64,000 bases of DNA, from positions 2,176,001 to 2,240,000 of the forward strand of contig CBDCXR010000004.1 of the NCBI GenBank assembly GCA_965223845.1, given 5' to 3'. This DNA is from Planctomycetota bacterium. GTDB taxonomy: Bacteria > Planctomycetota > UBA8108 > SXIK01. This document shows positions 8,348-17,266 of the stretch, one piece after another. The position numbers were made by a program, and so were the translations under genes. The notes beneath the pieces were generated by a model. It saw nothing but the letters and a program-made list of their open reading frames with translations, was not told where the DNA came from and made no database searches. Each line of letters starts with the position of its first letter. The stretch's first letter is position 1.

Positions 8348-8708
8348 TCTCGATACGTTCCCCAGACTCTTGGAAATCCACTCCGAGGGCTCGGAGATTT
8401 CGAGATCTATCTTCGCCGACCCGCGCGCGAAGAACAAAGACATTCGCGCTGCGTTGCGGACCTGTGCGGGGCCCCCCGACGCTCGCCCGATTCGACGGAG
8501 AGCTCGCAGCACGCCCACCGTCTCCCCCAAACCCAGCGACGCCAGCTCCGACCTCACGATGGCCTGCGACTCCGATTGAGCATGAGCCGGAGTGAGAACA
8601 AAAGTTCCCAGATGGACTGATCGGCGTAAATCGCGATTGGCGTCGGCGTCGTCTCTGCTTTTCTTAAGATACTGGTACCAAACGAATTATGATTCTTTAC
8701 GACGCTGC

Positions 8709-8724
8709 TGGCACGATCGTTGCA
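8709..8724 (+). promoter_or_regulatory. sigma54 (RpoN) -24/-12 promoter
   Basis: TGGCACGATCGTTGCA matches TGGCACG-N4-TTGCW exactly; AT-rich tract just upstream (about 8658-8700). Confidence 0.8.
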
Positions 8725-8845
8725 ATACGAACCACCGACCCACCGGGCGGGCGTGGAATCCCTGGAGCGAGTGCCACGACGACCTGTCCTCTCCGGACAG
8801 TGGGGCACAGACGAGAGAGAAGGGTTCGGGATTGGGATTTCTTGT

Positions 8846-11800
8846 CTAGCGCCTCGCTCCGGGGCTCTTTTGCCGCGCCGGTCGCCGGTCGCGACCGCGG
8901 TACGCGTCGACGTCGACTCCATGTTTTTCGATGAGCGTCGTCAAGTGGCGCCGGGTCACATCGAGGGCGCGAGCCGCCGCCGACACGTTACCCGAATAGC
9001 GCTCGAGAGCGCGCCGGACGCCGTCCGCCTCGGCCGCCGCTTTCGCTTCGCGGAGCGGCCGAACTTCCTCGTCGACGTCGAGCGGCGGAGACGGCTCTTG
9101 CCCGCGGAGGCACAAGTGATCGACGTCCTCCGCGGCGATCTCGAGGGGCGAGTGAAGCGCCAGGCGCAGTAGCTCGTTCTCCAGCTCCCGGACATTCCCC
9201 GGCCAGTGGTAGCTCTCGAGCACGGCGAGCGCGTCGGGGTGAAGAAACGGCCGACGGATCCTGTTCGTTTCGGCAAGTTCGTCGAGTACGGCTTCGGCGA
9301 TTTCGGCGATGTCGCCTCGACGAGCTCGGAGGGGAGGCATTTCGACGACGAGTCCGCCGAGTCGATAGAAGAGGTCGGGCCGCACGAGCCCGCCGGCGGC
9401 GAGTGTCTCGCGACTCTGCCGACTCGAGGTTACGAGGCGAAACTCGACTCCGCGCGATGTCGTCTCTCCGACGCGGCGGACCTGCGCTTCTTCGATGACG
9501 CGGAGAAGCTTGGATTGAACCACCACATCGACATCGGTGATCTCGTCGAGATAGATCGTCCCGCCCGCGGCGGCTTCGAAGATTCCGGGCCGATCTTCGA
9601 TCGCATCGGTATACGCGCCGCGTGCGACACCGAAGAGCTCCAGCTCGAGCAGACTCGGGGGCGTATTGCAGATTCCAGCCACGAACGGCTTTTCCCGTCT
9701 CTCGCTCGCGTAATGGATCCACCGCGCAAGGAGATCCTTCCCCACGCCGCTCTCGCCGACGATGAGGACCGGAAGATCGCTCTCCGCCAGCGCGGGGATG
9801 CGATCGACCACGCGCTTCATGTCGGGAGAGCTCCCGACGAGTGGCCGCGGCCGGGATCCGCCCGTCGAGGTACGAAGATCGAGACGGGCCGTGCGGACGG
9901 CGGGGGTCGTCCCGATCGGTTCCGTGCCGATTTCCTTGTTCCCGCTCACGACCTGAGCGTGGAGCGAACGAAGATGATCCTCCGCTTCGGCGAGTCGCTG
10001 CGAGCGCGCCGATAGTTCCTTTTCCGCGGCGGCGAGAGCCGCGGCGAGACGAACGACGACGACCCCCCAATCCACTGCGGCATCGAGATCAGCCGGTGAG
10101 CCTCGGCCCGGCGCGCGCAAAGCGAGCACCGAATCGTCCTCGACACCGCCGATCCGCCGGAGAAGCCACCGGTCCCAGATCGATCGCCCCGTCCCGCCGG
10201 AGGCGAGTAGGTCGCGCCAAACTTCCTCGGGACACGAACGAAGCTCCGACCGCTGTGCGCTCGGCGGAAACGCAGCGACCGAAACGGCGCTCCCAGACTC
10301 GATCCGTAGGACGACAGCCGCAGCAACGGACCACGGGCGGTGCTCGGCACAGAGCTCCCGGAGCGCATCCCGTACCCCGCGGTGGCTTTCGTCGTCTCCC
10401 GTCGACTCGTCGTCGGCGCGGTCGCTCCACCACGCGGCGTCGAACGACGCTCGACGCTCCTCCGGCACGCTCCGACGCACGTGCGCAACATGCGTGTCGA
10501 GCATGACGCGAAGCTCCGGCGCGCCGCTCCGAGCGACCTCGACACGAAGCGCGAGCAAGACTTCCCAGCGCCACCCGGCGCGAGCGGATTCGCGGCACCG
10601 CGAGGCGAGCGCGCGCGGGTCGACGTCTGCGTCGAATCGGGCGCGAATCAGCTCGCCGGCGAGACGAGTCCGCGTCGATGCCGTCCTCCCTCCGGTCCGC
10701 GCGAGCCACCGTCGCGCGGATCGAGTCCGACCGAGAGTGAGGAGCACGCGAACGAGTTCGATCCTCGACTGTTCGAGGCGAAGCGCATCGCGAACTCGGC
10801 GAGCGAACGTGCCGCTCCGCCGCAGATGCGGAATCGCCTCGCGCGGGCGATCGAGGCCGGCGAGCGCGCGGCCGAGCGCGTACTCGCAGTACCCGAGAGC
10901 GCGGAGATCCGCGGCTTCGCGCGCGCGCGTGAGCGCGTCCGACAAGAGCTCGAGGCCACGCGAAGATCCCAGAACCCACTCGATCACGCCCTCGTAGCAG
11001 ATCGTCAGCGGAAGCAACCGCCGGCTCTCGGTTTCGCGCGCGAGGCGAACCGCCTCGCGGCTGTGCTCCCGGCTGCGTCCGAGCCGACCGAGCTCGAGGT
11101 AGAGCTCGGCGATGTTGTTGTGCGCGAGAATCCGGTCGTCGACCCGCGTCTCCGTCCCCGCACGGAGGACGCGGCGATAGAACCGGAGCGCAGCCCGAAA
11201 CTCACCGCGCTCGCGGAGCACGCCGCCGAGTCCCAACCAAACCGTCGCGACGAGGGGATGCGTTCCGAGGTCGGAGGCGAACCGACGCGCCCGGTGGAAG
11301 CACTCCTCCGCACGATCGAGGCGTCCGAGCCGATAGTGAGCGACGGCCTGGTTGAAGGTCGCTCGAAGCGCGTTGGCGCGATCCCCGCGCGAGGTGGCCT
11401 CGCGTTCGAGTCGCTCAAAGACTGCGAACGCGCGCTCCCACTCGAGCGAGCGCACGTGGAGGATTCCCAGCTCGTTTAGGATCGCCGGTGCGTCGCCCTC
11501 TCGAGCGCTCCCTTCGGCTGCGGCGACGACCGACTCGAGGAGCGAGCGAGCGAGCGCCCGATCGCCGTGACTCGAGTGCGCCGCCGCGAATTGCGCGGCG
11601 ATCCGAATGCCGGCGAGCACGCGCAGCTCCGGCGTCGCGCGGCGAAACCATGAGCGAAACTCCGCCGCTCTCCCGAGATGATCGCGCCCTTCGGTCGTGC
11701 GTCCTTCGCGAAAGAGGAGAGGCGCCGCGAGCGAGGCGAGTTCGAGTCGTCGCGCGGCCGAAACCGCATCCTCCGGGGAACTTTCGTGTGCGGATTCGTC

Positions 11801-14026
11801 GCAGAGGATCTCGATCGCCTCGGGCGCTCGCCCCGCGGCGATCAGGAGCTTTGCTCGCTTCTTCGCGAGCGCAAATCGTTCGCCCTCGCGCGTAGGCGCG
11901 AGATTCGTTTCATCGAGCATGTCGAGCGCGTCGCCGTGGCGCCCGCAGGCTTCGTACGCGGCCGCGATGCGAAGAGAAAGCGCCACGCTCGTCGGCGACG
12001 GAGTCCCGCCGGTGAGTTCCCCGTGGAATCGCGAGCGCATGAGGTCGTAGAGCTCGATGAGAAGCCGCGGCTCCGTGCGCCGAATGAGACGCGGCGCCAG
12101 GCGACGAAGCCGGCGCTCCTCGGCTCGGCAGGACGCCCCGGCGCCCGCGCCGCTCGGCCCTCCGAGCGCGACGTCGTTTCGGAGCGCCGCGATGGCGGAA
12201 GAGAACCTCACGCGACGACGCTCATCGGAGAAGTAGCGCGCGAGCGAGCGACGCGCCTCGGTCAGCTCTCGAGCGCCGAGGAGCTCCTCCGCCGGCGGGA
12301 CGCAGCTCCGCACGATCCGCACTCGACCGTCGCCGTCGTCGCTACTGAGGCCGAGGTGAACGAACCGCGCCACGGAGCGTTGCCATTGGGAACGCGCCCG
12401 GTGGGGGAAGCGTTCGGCCAACTCGTCCGGAGAGAGTGGCTCTCCACCTAGGATGAGCTCTCCGAGCGCTCGGCGCTCGTTGTCGCTGAGCGTCTCGAGG
12501 ACCGGAAACGAAGAGTCCTCGGGCTTCCAGTCGGGGAGCTCACCGACGGCGAGATCGCCGAAAGCATCTGCGCACACGTTACGCCGTTCGAGCTCCGCGA
12601 GCATCGCGAGAAGGATCGCCGGACTACCGGTCGCACCGGTGGACAACCAAGCGGACAACTTCTCCGGCAGGGACTCCGCGACGAAGAATCTCCGTGCCGC
12701 CTCGTCCATCTCCCTAGTCGACAGGGGATCGATGTCGACACGGACGATCGCCTTCGGGTCGACGCCCAGGGCGACCGCGATCGAATCGGGAGTCCGAGTC
12801 GCGATCGCTGCGGCGAAGGCCCCGCCCCGGCGCTTCATTTGCTGAATGAGATCGGCGAATCGGTCGCCGCCCGGGTCGGCAGCCGGCTCGGAAGTGACGT
12901 CGACGAGGATCGTCACTCGGGCGCGACGACAACGCTCGTAGATCCCGGCGCGCTCGTTCGCGCCCTGCAGCCCCTCGGCCTCGCCGGCATCGCGAAGCGC
13001 GCGCAAGAGCTCGGCCTCCGCCTCGGGATCGCTGAATCCGCGAGCGATCACGACGCGTCTCCCTCGCACGCGGAGCGGCGCGGCGATCGCCTCGAGCATC
13101 GCCCGCGCCGCGTCGGGGAGCGGGCTGAACACGACGGGGAGTCGATCACCGCGGGCGACCGTATCGGCGAGTTCGGCGATCGCGTCGCTACGACCTGCGA
13201 GCCAAAGCCGGTGGTGGAGGCGGGCGACGGGCCGCGGCGGCAGCGCGATGCGTTCGCGGAGAAACTCGAGCGCGTCGCGAGCAGTTCGAAACCTCTCTCG
13301 AGGATCGGGATCCGTCAGCCGGCGTACCAACTCGTCGAGAGTCGGTGGGACATCGTCGAGCGCGTCGCGAAGACGTGCAGGCACGCCGCGCGCGCGCCAA
13401 TCCTCGACGGCGCGAGGTCGACCGAGTACGAACGGCAAGCGTCCCACCGCCGCATGAAAGAGAGAGAGGCCGAATCCGTAGAGATCGATCCAAGGATCAC
13501 TTTCCTGTCCCGGCGCGACCTGCGGCCGGTACGCCGGCGTCCCGTCGTCGGACGCGAGGAACGGTCGATCGAATCGGCGAGCCGACGCGAAATCGATCAG
13601 CCGGAGCGCGTCGCTCTCGCCTTCGACGAGGAGGTTCGCGGGCTTGACATCCCCGTGAGAGATCGAGCGGTGGTGGAGATACGAGAGTGCGGCGAGTCCC
13701 TCTGCTGCTCGCGCGAGCAGCCAGCTCGCGCGACGCGAGAGCTCGACGCGCGCGGCGGCCTCGACGAGGTGGCCCCCCGCGACGTACACGCTCGTGAAGT
13801 AGAAGCCGCCGCCGGGCGCGACGCCGCAGTCGATCACACCGGCGATGTTCGGATGGGAGAGCTCCGCGAGCGTCAAGAACTCCCGTCGCGCGACGGCGCC
13901 GCGAACGGCGATGAGCTTCACCGCGACGAGCTCGTCGTCGCTCAGACGATCACGCGCGAGGACGACCTCTCCGTGCCCACCTTCTCCGAGGGATCGAACC
14001 ACGGAGTAGCGCGGAGGAAGGTCCAT
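8846..14026 (-). CDS. Ser/Thr kinase - degenerate NTPase/TPR - sigma54 enhancer-binding AAA+ - Fis HTH hybrid regulator (1726 aa)
   Basis: Kinase LGEGGHGEV, VAVK, HGDVKPAN, IDFA, GTPAY; central TPR-like helices; GESGVGKD, ELFG..GAYTDA, YLDEI, RPDLFYRL, WPGNVREL, GNVSAAARAL. Confidence 0.92.
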   Translation of the reverse strand: MDLPPRYSVVRSLGEGGHGEVVLARDRLSDDELVAVKLIAVRGAVARREFLTLAELSHPNIAGVIDCGVAPGGGFYFTSVYVAGGHLVEAAARVELSRRASWLLARAAEGLAALSYLHHRSISHGDVKPANLLVEGESDALRLIDFASARRFDRPFLASDDGTPAYRPQVAPGQESDPWIDLYGFGLSLFHAAVGRLPFVLGRPRAVEDWRARGVPARLRDALDDVPPTLDELVRRLTDPDPRERFRTARDALEFLRERIALPPRPVARLHHRLWLAGRSDAIAELADTVARGDRLPVVFSPLPDAARAMLEAIAAPLRVRGRRVVIARGFSDPEAEAELLRALRDAGEAEGLQGANERAGIYERCRRARVTILVDVTSEPAADPGGDRFADLIQQMKRRGGAFAAAIATRTPDSIAVALGVDPKAIVRVDIDPLSTREMDEAARRFFVAESLPEKLSAWLSTGATGSPAILLAMLAELERRNVCADAFGDLAVGELPDWKPEDSSFPVLETLSDNERRALGELILGGEPLSPDELAERFPHRARSQWQRSVARFVHLGLSSDDGDGRVRIVRSCVPPAEELLGARELTEARRSLARYFSDERRRVRFSSAIAALRNDVALGGPSGAGAGASCRAEERRLRRLAPRLIRRTEPRLLIELYDLMRSRFHGELTGGTPSPTSVALSLRIAAAYEACGRHGDALDMLDETNLAPTREGERFALAKKRAKLLIAAGRAPEAIEILCDESAHESSPEDAVSAARRLELASLAAPLLFREGRTTEGRDHLGRAAEFRSWFRRATPELRVLAGIRIAAQFAAAHSSHGDRALARSLLESVVAAAEGSAREGDAPAILNELGILHVRSLEWERAFAVFERLEREATSRGDRANALRATFNQAVAHYRLGRLDRAEECFHRARRFASDLGTHPLVATVWLGLGGVLRERGEFRAALRFYRRVLRAGTETRVDDRILAHNNIAELYLELGRLGRSREHSREAVRLARETESRRLLPLTICYEGVIEWVLGSSRGLELLSDALTRAREAADLRALGYCEYALGRALAGLDRPREAIPHLRRSGTFARRVRDALRLEQSRIELVRVLLTLGRTRSARRWLARTGGRTASTRTRLAGELIRARFDADVDPRALASRCRESARAGWRWEVLLALRVEVARSGAPELRVMLDTHVAHVRRSVPEERRASFDAAWWSDRADDESTGDDESHRGVRDALRELCAEHRPWSVAAAVVLRIESGSAVSVAAFPPSAQRSELRSCPEEVWRDLLASGGTGRSIWDRWLLRRIGGVEDDSVLALRAPGRGSPADLDAAVDWGVVVVRLAAALAAAEKELSARSQRLAEAEDHLRSLHAQVVSGNKEIGTEPIGTTPAVRTARLDLRTSTGGSRPRPLVGSSPDMKRVVDRIPALAESDLPVLIVGESGVGKDLLARWIHYASERREKPFVAGICNTPPSLLELELFGVARGAYTDAIEDRPGIFEAAAGGTIYLDEITDVDVVVQSKLLRVIEEAQVRRVGETTSRGVEFRLVTSSRQSRETLAAGGLVRPDLFYRLGGLVVEMPPLRARRGDIAEIAEAVLDELAETNRIRRPFLHPDALAVLESYHWPGNVRELENELLRLALHSPLEIAAEDVDHLCLRGQEPSPPLDVDEEVRPLREAKAAAEADGVRRALERYSGNVSAAARALDVTRRHLTTLIEKHGVDVDAYRGRDRRPARQKSPGARR

Positions 14027-14200
14027 CGGCGAAATCGCGTTCCACTGGGGCGAGAACCGGCGTAGGCGCGCGGGATCATCTCACGTAGCCGGGGCGCCGC
14101 TTCGCTGGCGAATCAACGACGAGTCCGGAGAGGCGATGGTACCACAGCTCGTATCGGCAAACCCGGGCGGAGGAACCGGAGCAAACCAGCAAAAAGACGC

Positions 14201-15106
14201 CTAACGCGCCGGCAGATCCGCGACTCCGAAGTGTTCCCCAGCCATCGCGAGGAATCGCCGCGCCGCGTGGGACAGACGTCGGTCCACGCGAAGCACAAGA
14301 GCCGAGACGAGCTCGACACGCTGATCGAGCTCGATGACCGCGAGTGCTTCACGTCCCGACGAGACGGCCGAACGCGGAACGAGCGCAACACCGATCCCAG
14401 CTTCGACGTAGCGCTTCACGATCTCGAAGCTGCTGAATTCGATCGACGGCAGGCGATCGAGTCCCGCGGATTCGAGAAGCTCGTCGATTCGACTCTGGGT
14501 CGCGCTGCGGCGCTCGAGAGAGATCAGCCGTTCTCCGGCGAGGCTCCCGACGGCGATGGTCTCGTTCCCGGCGAGCGCATGGTCAGCCGGCGCGATGCAG
14601 ACGAGATCTCCCGACGCGAGGGGAATGATCTCGAGGTGCTCCGTGTCGCGATCGCTCACGGGCAGCGTCACCACCCCGAGCTCGACGTCTCCGCTTCGGA
14701 CGGCGGCGAGCACGCCCGCGGAAAACGAGCTCGAGATCGCGAGCTCGACCTTAGGGAACGCTTCAACGAAATTCCGGAGGAGTTCGGGCAGGACGAACAT
14801 GCTCGTCGTGTCGCTCGCGCCGATCGACAATCGCCCGCGATCGAGGTCCTTGATTTCGACGGAGACCCGCTCCAACTCCTCGAACTTGCGGACGACCTCT
14901 TCCGCCTGCGAGAAGAGAGCTTCACCGGCTGGCGTGAGACGGATTCCGCGTCCTTGACGGTCGAAGAGCCGCTCGCCGAGCTGTCGCTCGAGTCGCTTCA
15001 CTTGGAGGCTGATCGCCGGTTGCGTCAGACCGAGCTTTTCCGCCGCCCCCGTGAAGCTGCCGCAGTGCGCGACGTAGAAGAATCCCTTGACCTCGTCGAA
15101 TTCCAT
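14201..15106 (-). CDS. LysR-family transcriptional regulator
   Basis: GSFTGAAEKLGLTQPAISLQVKRLE..LFDR..LTPAG HTH plus substrate-binding domain; start MEFDEVK at 15106. Confidence 0.92.
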   Translation of the reverse strand: MEFDEVKGFFYVAHCGSFTGAAEKLGLTQPAISLQVKRLERQLGERLFDRQGRGIRLTPAGEALFSQAEEVVRKFEELERVSVEIKDLDRGRLSIGASDTTSMFVLPELLRNFVEAFPKVELAISSSFSAGVLAAVRSGDVELGVVTLPVSDRDTEHLEIIPLASGDLVCIAPADHALAGNETIAVGSLAGERLISLERRSATQSRIDELLESAGLDRLPSIEFSSFEIVKRYVEAGIGVALVPRSAVSSGREALAVIELDQRVELVSALVLRVDRRLSHAARRFLAMAGEHFGVADLPAR

Positions 15107-15245
15107 CGAGGGAATGTGCCCTCCAGCCGAAGAACGAGAGAGGCGCCCAGCCGATCGGTGTCGCGGGCGGTGAAGTGAATTGTAGGGCACTCGCCGAACG
15201 GGATGCCAGGCGGGAGCGCAGTCGCGACGCGGAAGAAACTCGAGC

Positions 15246-16022
15246 GTGATCGAAGATGCACTGAAAGCCGCGCTCCTCGGGCTCGTCCAGGGCCTCACGG
15301 AGTTCCTTCCGATCTCTTCGAGCGCGCACCTCAAGGTCCTCCGCGAGCTCCTTTCCTTCTCCGTCGAAGGTCTCGCGTTCGACATCGCCGTTCACTTAGC
15401 AACGCTGGTCGCCGTCCTCCTTTACTTCCGGGCGGACTGGATCGGCGTACTCCGCGAGCGCGAAGGTCGTCTGCGGATGCTCGCACTCCTCGCGGTAGCC
15501 TGCATCCCTCTCTTCGCGATCGGGTTCTTTCTTCGCGATGCGAGGGAAGGCCTCTCGCTTTGGGTGCCGGTGGTGTGCTGGACGATCTCGGGGAGCTACC
15601 TCCTCCTCCTTCGCGGCAAAGGCGGCGACCGCCCTTACCGCCAGCTTTCGTTCGGTGCTGCGCTCCTCATCGGACTCGCTCAAGCCTGCGCATTCTTTCC
15701 GGGCATGTCGCGATCGGGCTGCACGATCGCCGCTGGCCTCGTTCTCGGACTCGAACGCGAGAGTGCCGCGCGGTTCTCGTTCCTCCTTTCGATTCCCGCG
15801 ATCCTCGGGGCGAGTGCGTCCCAGGTCCTCGACATCACCCGGGGCGCCGAGCTCGAAGGCCTCGCGTGGGCGGCGGGCGTCGCGATGCCCGTCGCGTTCG
15901 CCGTCGGGCTCGGCGCGATCCACCTTCTCGTCAAGCTCGTCCGAAGCGATCTCTTCTACCGCTTCGGCTGGTACAACCTCGCGGCGGCGATTGCATTCGG
16001 AGCGTATCTCGCCGCGCGGTGA
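15246..16022 (+). CDS. uppP: Undecaprenyl-diphosphate phosphatase
   Basis: GLVQGLTEFLPISSSAH, PGMSRSG, AARFSFLLSIP. Confidence 0.95.
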   Translation: MIEDALKAALLGLVQGLTEFLPISSSAHLKVLRELLSFSVEGLAFDIAVHLATLVAVLLYFRADWIGVLREREGRLRMLALLAVACIPLFAIGFFLRDAREGLSLWVPVVCWTISGSYLLLLRGKGGDRPYRQLSFGAALLIGLAQACAFFPGMSRSGCTIAAGLVLGLERESAARFSFLLSIPAILGASASQVLDITRGAELEGLAWAAGVAMPVAFAVGLGAIHLLVKLVRSDLFYRFGWYNLAAAIAFGAYLAAR

Positions 16023-16033
16023 CGATGGGGCGT

Positions 16034-17266
16034 TCAGGCGACCGGCCAGCGCCGGCTGATCGTCCCCGCCGAAGAGTCATCGACGAGCGGAACGTACCGC
16101 GGCGCCTCGTAAGGCGAGAGGTCGCGCGTTGCGATGACCTGGACGCGGCGACTGGCGATGCCGTAGACGACTCCGAGAGCGAGGTAGCTCGCGACAAGAC
16201 TCGAGCCGCCGAAGCTCACGAGCGGCAGAGTCAGCCCGGTGATCGGCGTCAACCCCATCGCCATCGCGATGTTTTGGAATGACTGCGCGGCGAACTGAAC
16301 TCCGACCCCGGTCGCGACGAGGCGTCCGAACGGCTCCTTGGTGCGGCTGGCGATTCGGAGGACGACGAACGCGAGAAGAAAGCTCGCGCCCACGGTGAAC
16401 GACGCGCCGACGAAACCGAGCTCCTCGGCGATGACGCTGAAGACAAAATCGGTGTGCCGAGCCGGGAGAAACCCCAGCTTGTTTTGCGTTCCTTGCTGAT
16501 AGCCCTTTCCTTGGAACCCTCCCGAGCCGATCGCGATCTCCGATTGATGGAGCTGGTAGCCGCTGTCGTTCCGCGTCGACTCGTCGCGCCGAACGAAGGA
16601 CTCGAGCCGCTGAAACTGGTACTGGTGGAAGACGGGGAGGCCGAGCGAATAGGCGAGATAGGCAGCGGGAAGCAGCGACAGACCGACGACCACCGCGACG
16701 GCGATGTGCCGGCGGTTCGCCCCCGCGACGAACATCATCCCGAGGAGCACCGGGGGAAACATGAGGCTCGTTCCGAGGTCGGGTTGCCGCAGGACGAGGT
16801 ACATCGGAACCACGGTGAGCACGAACGGCAGGAGAAGTCCGCGCACGGTGTTCTGGTCGCGTCGGTACCGGAGATAGCGCGCCAGGCAGAGTACGAGCGC
16901 GAGCTTCATGAGCTCGCTCGGCTGAACCTGAAACACGTAGAGATTGATCGACCGAAGCAGCGAATCCGAGAGGATAAGCATGACGGAGAGGACGACGATG
17001 AGCCCGCCGTAAGCGGCGTAGGCCCAGCGATCGAAGAGTCGGTAGTCGAATCGCGATACGAAGAAAAACGCGGCGATTCCGAGGATCGCCTTGAGCATTT
17101 GACGGCGCGCCTGCGTCCCCGGGAACGGCGCGTCGCCCCCCGTCGTCGTCGAATGGACGAAGACGACGCCGAGCGCGGTCAAGGTGAGCGCGAGTGCGAC
17201 GAGGACGAAGCGCAGCCCGGGGAGATATCCATTGCCGGAGCGCAGGCTCGTCGAAGGAGCGTTCAT
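16034..17266 (-). CDS. rodA: SEDS-family peptidoglycan glycosyltransferase RodA
   Basis: QPSELMK, QPDLGT, SGYQ..IGSGG, HTDF..EELG, PITGLTLPLVSFGGSS; coupled to pbp2 by a 4 nt overlap. Confidence 0.93.
   Translation of the reverse strand: MNAPSTSLRSGNGYLPGLRFVLVALALTLTALGVVFVHSTTTGGDAPFPGTQARRQMLKAILGIAAFFFVSRFDYRLFDRWAYAAYGGLIVVLSVMLILSDSLLRSINLYVFQVQPSELMKLALVLCLARYLRYRRDQNTVRGLLLPFVLTVVPMYLVLRQPDLGTSLMFPPVLLGMMFVAGANRRHIAVAVVVGLSLLPAAYLAYSLGLPVFHQYQFQRLESFVRRDESTRNDSGYQLHQSEIAIGSGGFQGKGYQQGTQNKLGFLPARHTDFVFSVIAEELGFVGASFTVGASFLLAFVVLRIASRTKEPFGRLVATGVGVQFAAQSFQNIAMAMGLTPITGLTLPLVSFGGSSLVASYLALGVVYGIASRRVQVIATRDLSPYEAPRYVPLVDDSSAGTISRRWPVA

Noticed and set aside
8720-9172. + strand ORF as the product of the sigma54 promoter
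   Set aside because: Its start overlaps the -12 box, it lacks an RBS and it runs antisense through the activator's HTH coding region.
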